Assembly (NCBI GenBank): GCA_016840165.1 | Contig: JAEOSU010000076.1 | Span: 86,719-150,718, forward strand | Source: Promethearchaeota archaeon | GTDB lineage: Archaea; Asgardarchaeota; Lokiarchaeia; Sigyniarchaeales; SOKP01 | Length of the DNA: 64,000 nt | Direction: 5' to 3' | Shown: positions 1 to 9,790 of the stretch, in pieces | How the letters are laid out: each line of letters opens with the position of its first letter | Numbering within the stretch: the first letter of the stretch is position 1 | Notes under the pieces: model-generated | What the model saw: only the letters and a program-made list of their open reading frames with translations | The model's database searches: none | Told to the model about the DNA's origin: nothing | Translations under genes and position numbers: made by a program

Positions 1-169
1 TAATGTAAATCACTAATCTGTATTATTTCTACCATGCTATCAATACCATATTCATTATTTTATTTTAACCTAATGTGTTCTAATGTATATTAAATTTTAA
101 ATTATATTAAAGACTGAATATGGCTTTTTATATAATCCTAAAATTATTATTCATGGAATAAAAGTAGTT

Positions 170-331
170 TTAAAAGACGGTTTCAACATTGACATAGTTA
201 TTGATTTTTCGATTCTGTGCGATTTTATCTAAAATTAGCTTATCTCTACAATTAACACAAATTCCATTTATTTTTAACCAACACTCTTGGCCGCATTTAG
301 AACATAAAAATTTTTTATAGATAATTTTCAT
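170..331 (-). CDS. small zinc-ribbon protein, 53 aa (below ORF-track size cutoff)
   Basis: Hand translation of minus strand: MKIIYKKFLCSKCGQECWLKINGICVNCRDKLILDKIAQNRKINNYVNVETVF-stop. It has two CxxC pairs. No family recognised. Confidence 0.3.
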   Translation of the reverse strand: MKIIYKKFLCSKCGQECWLKINGICVNCRDKLILDKIAQNRKINNYVNVETVF

Positions 332-504
332 ACATATCTCTCATTTCTCTTATTAATTAAAGTATTTATTCGAAATTTTTTAAGCAATTTCGCCATATTA
401 TATAAAAACTATAGAGATATATATAGGTGATTCGAGCGGATTTTGGAGGAATATAATCAGTTTATTAGAATAAATAAATTAACTATATATCTCGTGTTTA
501 ATTT

Positions 505-3500
505 TTATATTAATTTTTCTAAATCCTCTCGAATCATATGAAGCAATTCAGATCCTTTATTTTTACAGTCTTTAATTAATGCTTGACCATAATCAATAGA
601 TCCTCCCCCTTTACCATTAAAACGTTCTGAAAATTCTTTTATAAATGAACCCATATTAAGGTTAAGTTTATTGGAAGGTTGTTTTCCCATCATCCCAAGC
701 AAAATTATTCCATTTTTAATGGTGCTAATAAATATAGCTATTATATCTTCTGAATACTTCATAATATTTTTACCTAAAGTATTTAGATCTTTCTGAGAAA
801 TGTTATCAAAATGTTTAAGAATTAGATTAAAACTACTGAATTTTTCCGCATTATTAATAATATTATCAATATATTCTTTACTAAAGATATTCTGTAATTC
901 TTTTAACTTTTTCTTTGCCTCTTCCCATTCTGAGAAAAATTTTTCTATTCGGAAAGGAATATTCTCTTTCGGAATTTTATCCTCCTTTTTTGTCTTTAAA
1001 ACTATAGCTAATTCCGATAAAATATCTCCAGTAAATTTTTCTTTAGAAGTTAATTGGAGGTCACTATTCTTAACCTTTCCGAATTTGAGCTGTTCAAGTG
1101 CTTTATTTAACTTTTTCCACTTATTAATTAATTCGTTTATGCGCCCTACAACAAATTCTCTATTCACTCCGAATTTCTCTTCTAAATGCTTCAATATTTT
1201 TTCTTGTTTTTCTTCATATCTTTTTGTAGCTTCTCCAGCGGTAAAAGTTAAACGAATAATCCCATCTTGAATTTTCCGCGATTTGGTTATTTTAATCTTA
1301 CCTGTTTCTGCAGTATTATTCAGATGAGTACCTCCACAAGCTTCCACATCAATTCCAGGGATTTCTACTATTCGAATCATTTTGCCTGGAACCGCTCCTC
1401 CCTGATAAATTCTCATCCCATATTTTTTTTCGGCCTCAGAACGGGGAATAAAAGATAGATTCAAGTCTATGCCTTTTTCCACTATTTTGTTGGAAATATC
1501 TTCAATTTGCTTAAGCTCATCAGCAGGTATTTGAGCATAATGTGTTATATCTAAATGAGAATTTTTAAGAGTTTTTTTTGCCCCCGCTTGATTGATATGA
1601 TCACCCAAAATTTCTCTCGCAGCGGCATTGACAATATGAGTAGCAGTATGATGTTGAGAGAGTTGATAGCGCCAACTTTTATCCACTTCGACTGTAACTT
1701 CATCTCCTTCATTAAACTGTGGTGATTCGTCTAATACATGAACAATGTGATTTCCTTGTTTATAGACATTTTGAAATGGTTGGTCATCAATATTGCCAAT
1801 ATCATGCAATTGACCCCCTGAAGTTGGATATGCAACTGTTTGATCTAATATTGCATTATTATCGATGATTTTCAACACCTTTGCTTTATTAGATGTAATT
1901 GTGTAATCGTAATAGTAAAGAGCTTTAGTTTCAGGTACATTTTTTAAGTCAAGTTCAACTTCCTTTGTAATCTCTTGTTCTTTTTCCTTCATCTCATGCT
2001 TTTCTACAACTAGATTATAAAAATTCTCAGGAATTTTAATTGAAATTCCAAGTTTTTTTGCTGTTTCTTTGACCAGGTCAGGACTTATTCCTCTGGAATC
2101 ATATAATTCAATAAGAGTTTCAACGGAAATGTCTCCATCTTTGATTCTTTTTTCCAGAATTTTACCGGCCTTCTTTTTATTTTCATAGTATTTCTCTTTT
2201 TCCACCTCTAAAATTTCTTGAATTTCACCCAGATGTTCGGATAATTCTGGGAAGAGCCCATGTAATTCTTCTGCATGCCATCGACATACTTGCGCAAGAT
2301 CAATATCCCATTGAAAGTGATCGATAAAAGAGATTGCACGACGAAAAATGACTCGTAAATTATAACCACCTCCCATATTAGAAGGCAATTTTCCATCATT
2401 TATAGCAAATAATAGCGTTCTTGTATGTTCTGCGATTGAATAGAGTGCAGTCATAGGTAAGATCTTTGATTTTAAATCTGATACTTGAAAATTTAATTTA
2501 TCTGCTACTTTTTGCCAGGCAACGTCCATATTCTCGACTTCGTCATAATTTAAGTAAGCAGAATATTTTGAAAAATCATTGTAGAGTTCTAAATCTAATT
2601 TAATTTGAGTAATTTCCCTTAATTTTGAGATTACATAAGGAAATGTCGCTTCATAGATATTTGGAGTTCCTTGTGAGAACCAAGCAACTCGTTCTTGGCC
2701 CATTCCCATGTCAAGTACTTTTAGACTAAGTTCCTTAGGGCCCTCACTAGTTTGTTCGTACATAGTATAGACTTGATTGAATAATTCTATTCCTCTACTA
2801 AAAAATTCAAGGCTACATCCAAATGACCCTCCACCAGCCCAACTATCCTCATGGATGGTAATCTCTTCTTTTGGTAAACCAACACCTATATGAATAAAAT
2901 CATGAATATCTTTAAACAACTGCCCTTGATCCCATTCCTCTGGTGAACCAAAAAAATGCTGTCCGATCATGGTGAAACCACATAAATGAGCACCAGTTAA
3001 GCCTACATTTTCAATATCATTGAATCTTAAACAGAATTGAGGAATAATCAGTTTTTTTGCTGGGGGTTCAACTTCTCCGGTAATAACATATGGTTGAAAA
3101 GCAGATATTGATGCAATAGTGAATTCTGACGTGGGATTCCATCTCGCAACGCATGGATAACGATTTATGGGAACATACCCTCTGGGTTCCAATATTTCAA
3201 CTATTTTCTCCCATACTCCGATATAGGACAGTTTTACCTTAGCAGGGTTCTTTTCAATTATTTGAAAACCCCCAGAGCATACCGGATCACCACAAACAGT
3301 TCTTTCTTTAAGTTGAGTCCAAAAATAAGTACCACAATGCTCACATTGTTTTCTCATATACCCTAATTTCCTTAATTCTTGAGTAGGAAAATATTTATCA
3401 GGGTTTTTTGAAGCTATCTCCTTAAACGCTTTTTTAATTTTTTTATCACTTTGAAGATCTTTTAGATCTTTTAATTCTTCATTTAAGGGCAATTTAATCA

Positions 3501-3531
3501 TTAACTCTAGTTGTGTATTTAATTGTTCCAA
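505..3531 (-). CDS. alaS: alanyl-tRNA synthetase, archaeal type
   Basis: 1008 aa. N-terminal CEHCGTYFWT zinc motif, editing-domain motifs HHTATHIVN and CGGTHL, C-terminal DHHA1-like GKGGG region. Confidence 0.93.
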   Translation of the reverse strand: MEQLNTQLELMIKLPLNEELKDLKDLQSDKKIKKAFKEIASKNPDKYFPTQELRKLGYMRKQCEHCGTYFWTQLKERTVCGDPVCSGGFQIIEKNPAKVKLSYIGVWEKIVEILEPRGYVPINRYPCVARWNPTSEFTIASISAFQPYVITGEVEPPAKKLIIPQFCLRFNDIENVGLTGAHLCGFTMIGQHFFGSPEEWDQGQLFKDIHDFIHIGVGLPKEEITIHEDSWAGGGSFGCSLEFFSRGIELFNQVYTMYEQTSEGPKELSLKVLDMGMGQERVAWFSQGTPNIYEATFPYVISKLREITQIKLDLELYNDFSKYSAYLNYDEVENMDVAWQKVADKLNFQVSDLKSKILPMTALYSIAEHTRTLLFAINDGKLPSNMGGGYNLRVIFRRAISFIDHFQWDIDLAQVCRWHAEELHGLFPELSEHLGEIQEILEVEKEKYYENKKKAGKILEKRIKDGDISVETLIELYDSRGISPDLVKETAKKLGISIKIPENFYNLVVEKHEMKEKEQEITKEVELDLKNVPETKALYYYDYTITSNKAKVLKIIDNNAILDQTVAYPTSGGQLHDIGNIDDQPFQNVYKQGNHIVHVLDESPQFNEGDEVTVEVDKSWRYQLSQHHTATHIVNAAAREILGDHINQAGAKKTLKNSHLDITHYAQIPADELKQIEDISNKIVEKGIDLNLSFIPRSEAEKKYGMRIYQGGAVPGKMIRIVEIPGIDVEACGGTHLNNTAETGKIKITKSRKIQDGIIRLTFTAGEATKRYEEKQEKILKHLEEKFGVNREFVVGRINELINKWKKLNKALEQLKFGKVKNSDLQLTSKEKFTGDILSELAIVLKTKKEDKIPKENIPFRIEKFFSEWEEAKKKLKELQNIFSKEYIDNIINNAEKFSSFNLILKHFDNISQKDLNTLGKNIMKYSEDIIAIFISTIKNGIILLGMMGKQPSNKLNLNMGSFIKEFSERFNGKGGGSIDYGQALIKDCKNKGSELLHMIREDLEKLI

Positions 3532-3706
3532 TAATTAGAAAAATTTATTATCTCCTAAAATTTTTCGCATTATATTTGATACAAGTTTAAACTTCATGTA
3601 TAACTTTGATTAAAATTGATTTTTTCCATGAGAACAATAGGTTTAAATAAAATAAAAGTAGATTAGTATTATTAGTTAATCCATAATCAAAAAGGAGTGA
3701 TATTAA

Positions 3707-4072
3707 ATGACTTTCCCATATTACGATCCATTTGGAGCTCTTGGAGCAATTCTCGGGATCCTTATTGTAGTTATTATTGCTTCATGTGTAATTCAAATAG
3801 CAATTGCAGTTTGGGTCTATAATGATGCTAAAAAGAGAAATATGGACCCAACAATGTGGCTTGCAATCACTTTATTAGCAGGGTGTATAGGTTGTATTAT
3901 TTATTTAGTAGTAAGAGATCCTATTGCTACGGAAACTACCCCTATGGCTAAAGAACCGTATGATAATAAAGCTGAACTAGCACAATTAGAAAAAGGTACA
4001 TTCTGTAGCAATTGTGGTAGTGAGATACCAGCCGGAGCTAAATTTTGTCCTTCTTGCGGTAATCCACGATAA
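3707..4072 (+). CDS. two-TM membrane protein with C-terminal zinc ribbon
   Basis: Two hydrophobic helices flank VYNDAKKRNMDP. C-terminal CSNCG-x9-CPSCG. AGGAGTGAT Shine-Dalgarno motif just upstream of the ATG. Confidence 0.6.
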   Translation: MTFPYYDPFGALGAILGILIVVIIASCVIQIAIAVWVYNDAKKRNMDPTMWLAITLLAGCIGCIIYLVVRDPIATETTPMAKEPYDNKAELAQLEKGTFCSNCGSEIPAGAKFCPSCGNPR

Positions 4073-4074
4073 TT

Positions 4075-4533
4075 TCATAAATCTTCCAAGTCTAATGATT
4101 GAAAACGAGAATATCCTTGCTTAACCAAATCATAATCTAAATATTCTATTTTATTTGGTATTATTTTCAAAATAAGTTTTCTTTTACCCCGTACTATTTT
4201 CTGAGCTTTTTCAAATTCTTCATCTCGTTCTCTCAGAAAGATAAGATTATCTACGCCTTCAGTGGTAATCTGCATCCCTTGAATTTTTCCAGAATCTAAA
4301 GGAGAATAGATGCCAATACTAACAATAGGATTTTGTTCAATATTAGTAACTTTTCTTCCAGGGGCAAGTCCTACATATATATTATAGTTTTCATGGGAAT
4401 TTTCCATGTAAAAATCCATCGGAGTAGCACGGGGAATATTATTTAAACATGTACATAAGACTAGCACTTTTCTTTTATTTAGAAATGCTCTAATTTCTTC
4501 TTTTAATAGATTATCGGGCATTTTTTTGTTCAA
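4075..4533 (-). CDS. pyridoxamine 5'-phosphate oxidase-like FMN-binding split-barrel protein
   Basis: 152 aa. The N-terminal pattern (LVLCTC..IPRATPMDFY) resembles the PNPOx-like family. Assignment by eye only. Confidence 0.5.
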   Translation of the reverse strand: MNKKMPDNLLKEEIRAFLNKRKVLVLCTCLNNIPRATPMDFYMENSHENYNIYVGLAPGRKVTNIEQNPIVSIGIYSPLDSGKIQGMQITTEGVDNLIFLRERDEEFEKAQKIVRGKRKLILKIIPNKIEYLDYDLVKQGYSRFQSLDLEDL

Positions 4534-4613
4534 AACAAATCACCTATTAATTAGTAATTCCCATCATTAATAGGGATTATGTTTATGTATCCTGTTCTTT
4601 TAAAAGAAGATAA

Positions 4614-5750
4614 TTAAAGTAATTTACTATCTGGAAATCCAGTATTGTCTACTGCAGCACGCACATACGGAGAGATTGGTCCTCTTCCCAATGCCATAAT
4701 TCTTATTTTTGCACCAAGAGAAGGATTTAATGCAGTTCCAAATTTTAATGAAGCTTCCTTCGGAATTTCATTAGATATAGTAGAAATTATTTTATCCATC
4801 TTTGATAATGATAATTTATGATCCCCGGAAACGGATACAATACATTTATCTATTTTATTAGGATCAGGTTCTAATAGAGGATTATTCAAGGCGAGGTGCG
4901 CTTTATTGATTAAGTCTTTCTCGTCACCTAATGATTCTGTTATACCGATGAGTCCACTAGGGTATGCACCGTTCTTTTCAAGTACCTTTCTCACATCAGC
5001 ATAATCAATATTTATTAAGCCACAATTATTGATTAAATTTAAAATTTCTTTTATGCTTCTGATTAAGACTTCATCCATTATTTTAAATCCAGATAAAACT
5101 GGCAGTTTTTCATTAAATCTCAATAAATTATCATTCGGAACAGTTATAAGGGTGTCAGTATTTTTCACGAGTCCCTTTAATCCTCTTTGGGCTCGTGATC
5201 TCCTCTCACTACCTTCTGAAGAAAAGGGAATCGAACAAAATGTAACTACTGTTGCATTATTTTTTTTTGCTTCTCTTGCAATAATCGGAGCTGCTCCAGT
5301 TCCAGTCCCTCCACCCAATCCGTACGTTAAAAATATGACATCCGCATTCAAAGCTTCGGCTAGTCTTTCTACATCCTCCTCTGCCGCTGATGCTCCGATT
5401 TCTGGATCATTACCTGAGCCCAATCCATTACATATTTCCTTCCCAATTAATATTTTATTAGTAGCATTGGAATAATAAAGGTCGTGAGCATCAGTATTGA
5501 TATTAAGAGTCTCCACGCAGTCCGTTTTGAATTCTTGCATTCTCGAAACTGTATTATTACCCGCTCCTCCAATTCCAACAACTATAGATTTAATTTTTAG
5601 GACTTCCAATAAATCGGATAGATATTTATCGCTATCTAAATTTGCATTTTGATTATCTATTTTATTTTTGCGAGCAATTTCATTAAATCTTGATCGTATT
5701 GATAGTCGTGATTTTACTACTTCCTTTAGATCAAACTCATCGTTCGACAT
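4614..5750 (-). CDS. ftsZ: cell division GTPase FtsZ
   Basis: GIGGAGNN, NTDAHDL, tubulin signature GGGTGTGAAP, T7-loop NIDYADV. Confidence 0.92.
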   Translation of the reverse strand: MSNDEFDLKEVVKSRLSIRSRFNEIARKNKIDNQNANLDSDKYLSDLLEVLKIKSIVVGIGGAGNNTVSRMQEFKTDCVETLNINTDAHDLYYSNATNKILIGKEICNGLGSGNDPEIGASAAEEDVERLAEALNADVIFLTYGLGGGTGTGAAPIIAREAKKNNATVVTFCSIPFSSEGSERRSRAQRGLKGLVKNTDTLITVPNDNLLRFNEKLPVLSGFKIMDEVLIRSIKEILNLINNCGLINIDYADVRKVLEKNGAYPSGLIGITESLGDEKDLINKAHLALNNPLLEPDPNKIDKCIVSVSGDHKLSLSKMDKIISTISNEIPKEASLKFGTALNPSLGAKIRIMALGRGPISPYVRAAVDNTGFPDSKLL

Positions 5751-5946
5751 TCACAACATCCGTTTTAAAAACTAATTTGTTTTATAATATGAGTATTATA
5801 TCCATATAATATAGCGTAGTAATATGCATGTAATATCATCTATATTTAGGTTAAAGAAATTACTTAATTTGTGCGAAGAAAAGTAAATAGATAAAAGTAC
5901 TAAAATTTATAAGAATAGATTTTCATGTTAAATATGTTAGGGGTTA

Positions 5947-6189
5947 TTGGTAATGGAAATTGATATTAATGAAAAGAACAATGATAAGGCTTCTAGTGGG
6001 TCAGATAATAATATAATCAGTGTTAGAGTTATTATTAGTTGTCCTACTGGCGATTATAAAAAAAAGTTTAGAAATCAATTTCCCCGAGATCAAATGGACC
6101 TCTTTTTGGTTTCTGCTCGAGTTTTTGATTGGATGACATGTCCTCTTTGTGGAGAACTTTTGAATTGTAATTTTGAGTTTAATATCTAA
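5947..6189 (+). CDS. hypothetical small protein
   Basis: ORF only; one CPLCG knuckle. The ATG at 5953 is the more likely start. Confidence 0.3.
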   Translation: MVMEIDINEKNNDKASSGSDNNIISVRVIISCPTGDYKKKFRNQFPRDQMDLFLVSARVFDWMTCPLCGELLNCNFEFNI

Positions 6190-6232
6190 TCTTGTTTTAA
6201 TAAAGATAATAGTATCACATTTAGAGTAGATT

Positions 6233-7549
6233 TTAAATGTCTAAATCAAGTTTGATGGACCCATACTTTCCCCCTCCGCCAGGAGTATAAATAATCTGGT
6301 CATTTCTCATAGCTTCTATTATTTCACCAATTTTTTTGTCATAGTTGTTAATTTTGTTTAAGGACAAATCAATTAAAATTTCATATTCGGGTCCTAATTG
6401 AGAGATCATCTTTTCATAAGCATTTAAAACGGTCTTACTAGTACTGCTTTTAACATTTTTAACTGAGCGAATAATATCGATTAATGGAATCGCATTGATA
6501 TAAGGAGGACGGTGATTGGGATGTTGAGCTTTATTATATGAAGAAATCGTTTCGATTCTTTCATATACTCCCAACTTAATTTTAAAGTTCTTACTAGTTT
6601 TTTCCTTACAAGCAGGGCATATCATTTTTCCTTTAGCAACGGTATTGATAAACTCTTTTCGCGCACGCTCTAAATCTTTAGAATAGTATTCAACGAATTG
6701 AGGAGTGATACGGTACTTATTAAAAATTGAGGTGGTAGATTCATTGATTTTTTTAAAAATTATTCGTCGTCGACATTTATAGCAAAACATATTGTAATAT
6801 TTACCTAGTTTTGGATGTAAACCTACATTAAGAATAATTCTTCGAGAATCTTTTCTTCGCAGAGCGGATTCAATTTCCTCGAATGAAGGATTATCAATTT
6901 CAATCCTATTAAATTCTCTTCCCAAAGAACGTGGTGATTGCGAATGAGCATCACTGTTACTGAGAAATGATACGTCTTTTAGACATTCTAAACGATCTGC
7001 TAAATCTGTGTTAGCAGAAAGTCCTAGTTCAATAAATGAGACTTTTTTTAATGCATGATGGTAGCAGTCCTCTAAATTACTATATTGATTTTGACGAAAT
7101 ATTGCTTTGAAAGGAGTAAATGCATGTGCTGGACCAATGATACCCCCTATATCTGTAATTTCATCCACTAACTCAGCAGGAGCTAAATTTACTCTTGGTC
7201 TCCCTCCCCATTCATTAAATAAATTTTTTGAATGATTCCTTAGCTTTTTTTGTGCCTTAATTACGCTTTGAAAGTCGGGAAGGAGAACTACATGATGGAT
7301 ATTTTCCATATCTTCTATTTCAGTTTGTAAAATGAAAAAAATATCATCATATTGATAGGCACCTTCAGGAGTTTTTTGAAGGTTATGTTGCATATATTTT
7401 AACCACTCGGGTTGTAATATATCTCCGGTTCCTAATATCTGGAGGCCTTTCTGTTTGCATGTAGCAACCATAGTATCCAAATTCAGAGATTGCGACACTG
7501 CGATTGAATGAGGACTATGGATATGAAGATCTGCGTTAAAAATTTGCAT
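6233..7549 (-). CDS. endoQ: endonuclease Q (PHP-domain deaminated-base endonuclease)
   Basis: N-terminal ADLHIHSPHS PHP motif, GPAHAFTP, LSNSDAHS..LGREFN, central CxxC..CPAC zinc finger, C-terminal PGGGGKYG. This is collinear with Pyrococcus EndoQ as I recall it. Confidence 0.82.
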   Translation of the reverse strand: MQIFNADLHIHSPHSIAVSQSLNLDTMVATCKQKGLQILGTGDILQPEWLKYMQHNLQKTPEGAYQYDDIFFILQTEIEDMENIHHVVLLPDFQSVIKAQKKLRNHSKNLFNEWGGRPRVNLAPAELVDEITDIGGIIGPAHAFTPFKAIFRQNQYSNLEDCYHHALKKVSFIELGLSANTDLADRLECLKDVSFLSNSDAHSQSPRSLGREFNRIEIDNPSFEEIESALRRKDSRRIILNVGLHPKLGKYYNMFCYKCRRRIIFKKINESTTSIFNKYRITPQFVEYYSKDLERARKEFINTVAKGKMICPACKEKTSKNFKIKLGVYERIETISSYNKAQHPNHRPPYINAIPLIDIIRSVKNVKSSTSKTVLNAYEKMISQLGPEYEILIDLSLNKINNYDKKIGEIIEAMRNDQIIYTPGGGGKYGSIKLDLDI

Positions 7550-7608
7550 TATTTTAGCAAAAACTCGATTTCCTTTAAAATTTAATTATTAAAATATTAT
7601 CAGCAAAT

Positions 7609-8667
7609 TCATTGCTGATTTAGTTTAATTTCACGCCATTTTTCTGCATTCTCAATGTCATTTAATTTTTCATAGCAAGTAATGAGATCTTCAATGACAT
7701 CATGCTCAACAGGATTAAGAGAGAATAATCTTTCGTAATACTGAACAGCAGTAGCAAAATTTTCTTGTTGGTAATGAATTTTAGCGACTTTTTTCAAGGC
7801 ATTTTCGAATTCGGGAAATATTTCAAGAGCTATATTGTAATACTTCAGGGCCTGAGAATAATCTTGTAGTAGTTCGTAAGAAAATCCAAGATTTTCATAA
7901 AGAACTGGATCATCATCCTTCAGAGTAAGTGCCTTATTAAATGCTTCAATCGCCTTTATGTAATTCTCCTTAAATAAGTAGCATAATCCTATATAATTCC
8001 AGGCTCTTAGAAGGTAAGGATCCAATTCTAAAGCTTTTGAAAAAGAATTGATGGCTATATCATATTCTCTTATTTCATAGGCAATTTCTCCAAAATCAAA
8101 CCATAAAGCTGCATGATCTGGAGCTAAATTTAGTGCTTTTTTATTATAAAATATGGCTTTTGTGAAATCCTTTAAATCAAAATATATAGAAGATAAATTA
8201 TTGTATAATATTGGGTCGTCTGGATTGATTCTGATAGCTTTTTCATAGCTTCTTATTGCTTCATCATGTTGGTTAAGGTCTTTATAAAGAAGTGCCATAT
8301 TATTTAGTGCATCTATATAACTTGGATCATATTCCAAAGATTTCTTATAATATTCTAATGCATCATCATAGTCTTCTTTTTCTTCATAGGCACATGCAAT
8401 ATTATAATAAACTATTGCGTCCTCAGGATCTAATTTAAGTGCACGAAAATATGACTCAACTGCATTTTCTAACTCACCTTTCATTGAATAAGACAGCCCT
8501 AAATTGTTCCATACTTCTGAATAATAAGGATTAATGTCAAGAGCTTTTTTATAGCTAATTATTGCATTGTCAAAATCATCCTCATCATAATATGCATCTC
8601 CCAGATTAATCCAAGTGTCTAAATCATTAGGATCGTGCTTTAATGATTCTTTAAATCGTTCGATCAT
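7609..8667 (-). CDS. tetratricopeptide (TPR) repeat protein
   Basis: About ten consecutive 34-residue repeats with the pattern W.N.G..Y...G.Y..A...Y.KAL...P. Confidence 0.9.
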   Translation of the reverse strand: MIERFKESLKHDPNDLDTWINLGDAYYDEDDFDNAIISYKKALDINPYYSEVWNNLGLSYSMKGELENAVESYFRALKLDPEDAIVYYNIACAYEEKEDYDDALEYYKKSLEYDPSYIDALNNMALLYKDLNQHDEAIRSYEKAIRINPDDPILYNNLSSIYFDLKDFTKAIFYNKKALNLAPDHAALWFDFGEIAYEIREYDIAINSFSKALELDPYLLRAWNYIGLCYLFKENYIKAIEAFNKALTLKDDDPVLYENLGFSYELLQDYSQALKYYNIALEIFPEFENALKKVAKIHYQQENFATAVQYYERLFSLNPVEHDVIEDLITCYEKLNDIENAEKWREIKLNQQ

Positions 8668-8732
8668 AATTTCTTAATTTTTAAAATGCTAAATATCTAA
8701 AATCTTTTTGGAAAATATTTAATAACCGATTT

Positions 8733-9773
8733 CTAAGTTAAAATAATCATTTTATCAGTAACTTGATTCTCCAATAATATTCGAAAATATTCTTGCTCAT
8801 CTTTGTATTTGACTTTTTCTAATTTACCTTTTATGAGAACAATTTCATCTTTTACCGCTTGTTCACAAAATCTCCCACGGAAGGAACACACTTCATTGAT
8901 TCTGTCCAGAGAAATTTGCTGTTTATTGGTTAGGGAAGATATTATCTTTAATGGCTCTATTCTATAGCTACACGGTGTAAAAATTGAATCTGTTGAATCT
9001 GTAATTTGTGCTTTAATATGAATCCTTCCCAAATTCTTAAAATTATAATCATAATAATTACCCTTCCAATCTTTTGGGCTTTTAATATATCGTATAAAAA
9101 AATCTATTTCCTTAAATTTCCCTTGATGCTGTTTTCTCATTTCAGTTTGTAAAAATGTTGTAAAAGGAATATCAGAGCCTCCCACACGCCAAATATAGTG
9201 ATTTTTGTACTCTTCCATCTTATACTTACGACATCCATTTGGTATATTAAAGATCTGCTTTAGAGATTTTTGAAAATTTAGACTATTTTTTGTTCCATAA
9301 ATTACTAAATCAATATCAGAATCATTTTTGCTTAATCCAATCATTTGGGAGCCAGTTATGCCAATAGAGTCTTTTGAAATACCCCCCTCATCAATAAATA
9401 GTTCACATAAATCTTTTGAGATTTTTTCGATTTGAGAGAGCTTTTTATCATTATCTAATGACTGAAAATAGGTTCTAGGAGTATAAATCCGCTCAATATC
9501 TTCATTCTTTACACCTTGTAATTCCATATCACGTTCTTTGGAGAAGAAAAGATATTGTGGATAGGTCGTTTTCAATAAAGAATATCTTTTTTCTAAATCA
9601 TAAATCTTATTGTAAGCTATACCATTCTTTACTCTATCTCCATTATTATCTGGAAAAAATCTAATAAAACATATTTTTCTATCATTTGGATGACGTAATC
9701 CTTTAACGTCAAAAAATAGATGGGTCTTTTTAGTTTCTACATAATCGCCCTCGATCCCTACAGGAATTATCAT
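8733..9773 (-). CDS. Pol-beta superfamily nucleotidyltransferase with C-terminal beta-rich domain
   Basis: GITGSQMIGLSKNDSDIDLVIYG matches the GS-x(n)-DxD NTase motif. Substrate unknown. Confidence 0.6.
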   Translation of the reverse strand: MIIPVGIEGDYVETKKTHLFFDVKGLRHPNDRKICFIRFFPDNNGDRVKNGIAYNKIYDLEKRYSLLKTTYPQYLFFSKERDMELQGVKNEDIERIYTPRTYFQSLDNDKKLSQIEKISKDLCELFIDEGGISKDSIGITGSQMIGLSKNDSDIDLVIYGTKNSLNFQKSLKQIFNIPNGCRKYKMEEYKNHYIWRVGGSDIPFTTFLQTEMRKQHQGKFKEIDFFIRYIKSPKDWKGNYYDYNFKNLGRIHIKAQITDSTDSIFTPCSYRIEPLKIISSLTNKQQISLDRINEVCSFRGRFCEQAVKDEIVLIKGKLEKVKYKDEQEYFRILLENQVTDKMIILT

Positions 9774-9790
9774 GGAAAATCTGACCGAGA

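Noticed and set aside
800-1458. Plus-strand ORFs 800-1270 and 1267-1458, plus about 40 similar 60-160-aa ORFs elsewhere. Examples: 2208-2399, 5029-5475, 10200-10776, 11480-11752, 12762-12950, 15542-15859, 17272-17463, 18166-18504, 22074-22331, 22782-24524, 24921-26438, 28067-28261, 29070-29330, 30461-30688, 33185-33844, 36012-36224, 41401-41706, 43644-43952, 47313-47516, 48205-48638, 49706-50155, 51601-51783, 52227-52415, 54659-54841, 55739-56038, 56897-57424, 57717-57917, 59316-59757, 60040-60255.
   Set aside because: All lie antisense to, or out of frame within, long ORFs that have clear family motifs. Their translations are low-complexity (S/F/L/I-rich), as expected for shadow frames in AT-rich DNA.
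3707-4072. The membrane protein with a C-terminal zinc ribbon could be a third LITAF-like paralog.
   Set aside because: It lacks the N-terminal CxxC knuckle and the split-ribbon arrangement. Its two TM helices with VYNDAKKRNMDP look like a different small-membrane-domain family followed by an ordinary zinc ribbon.
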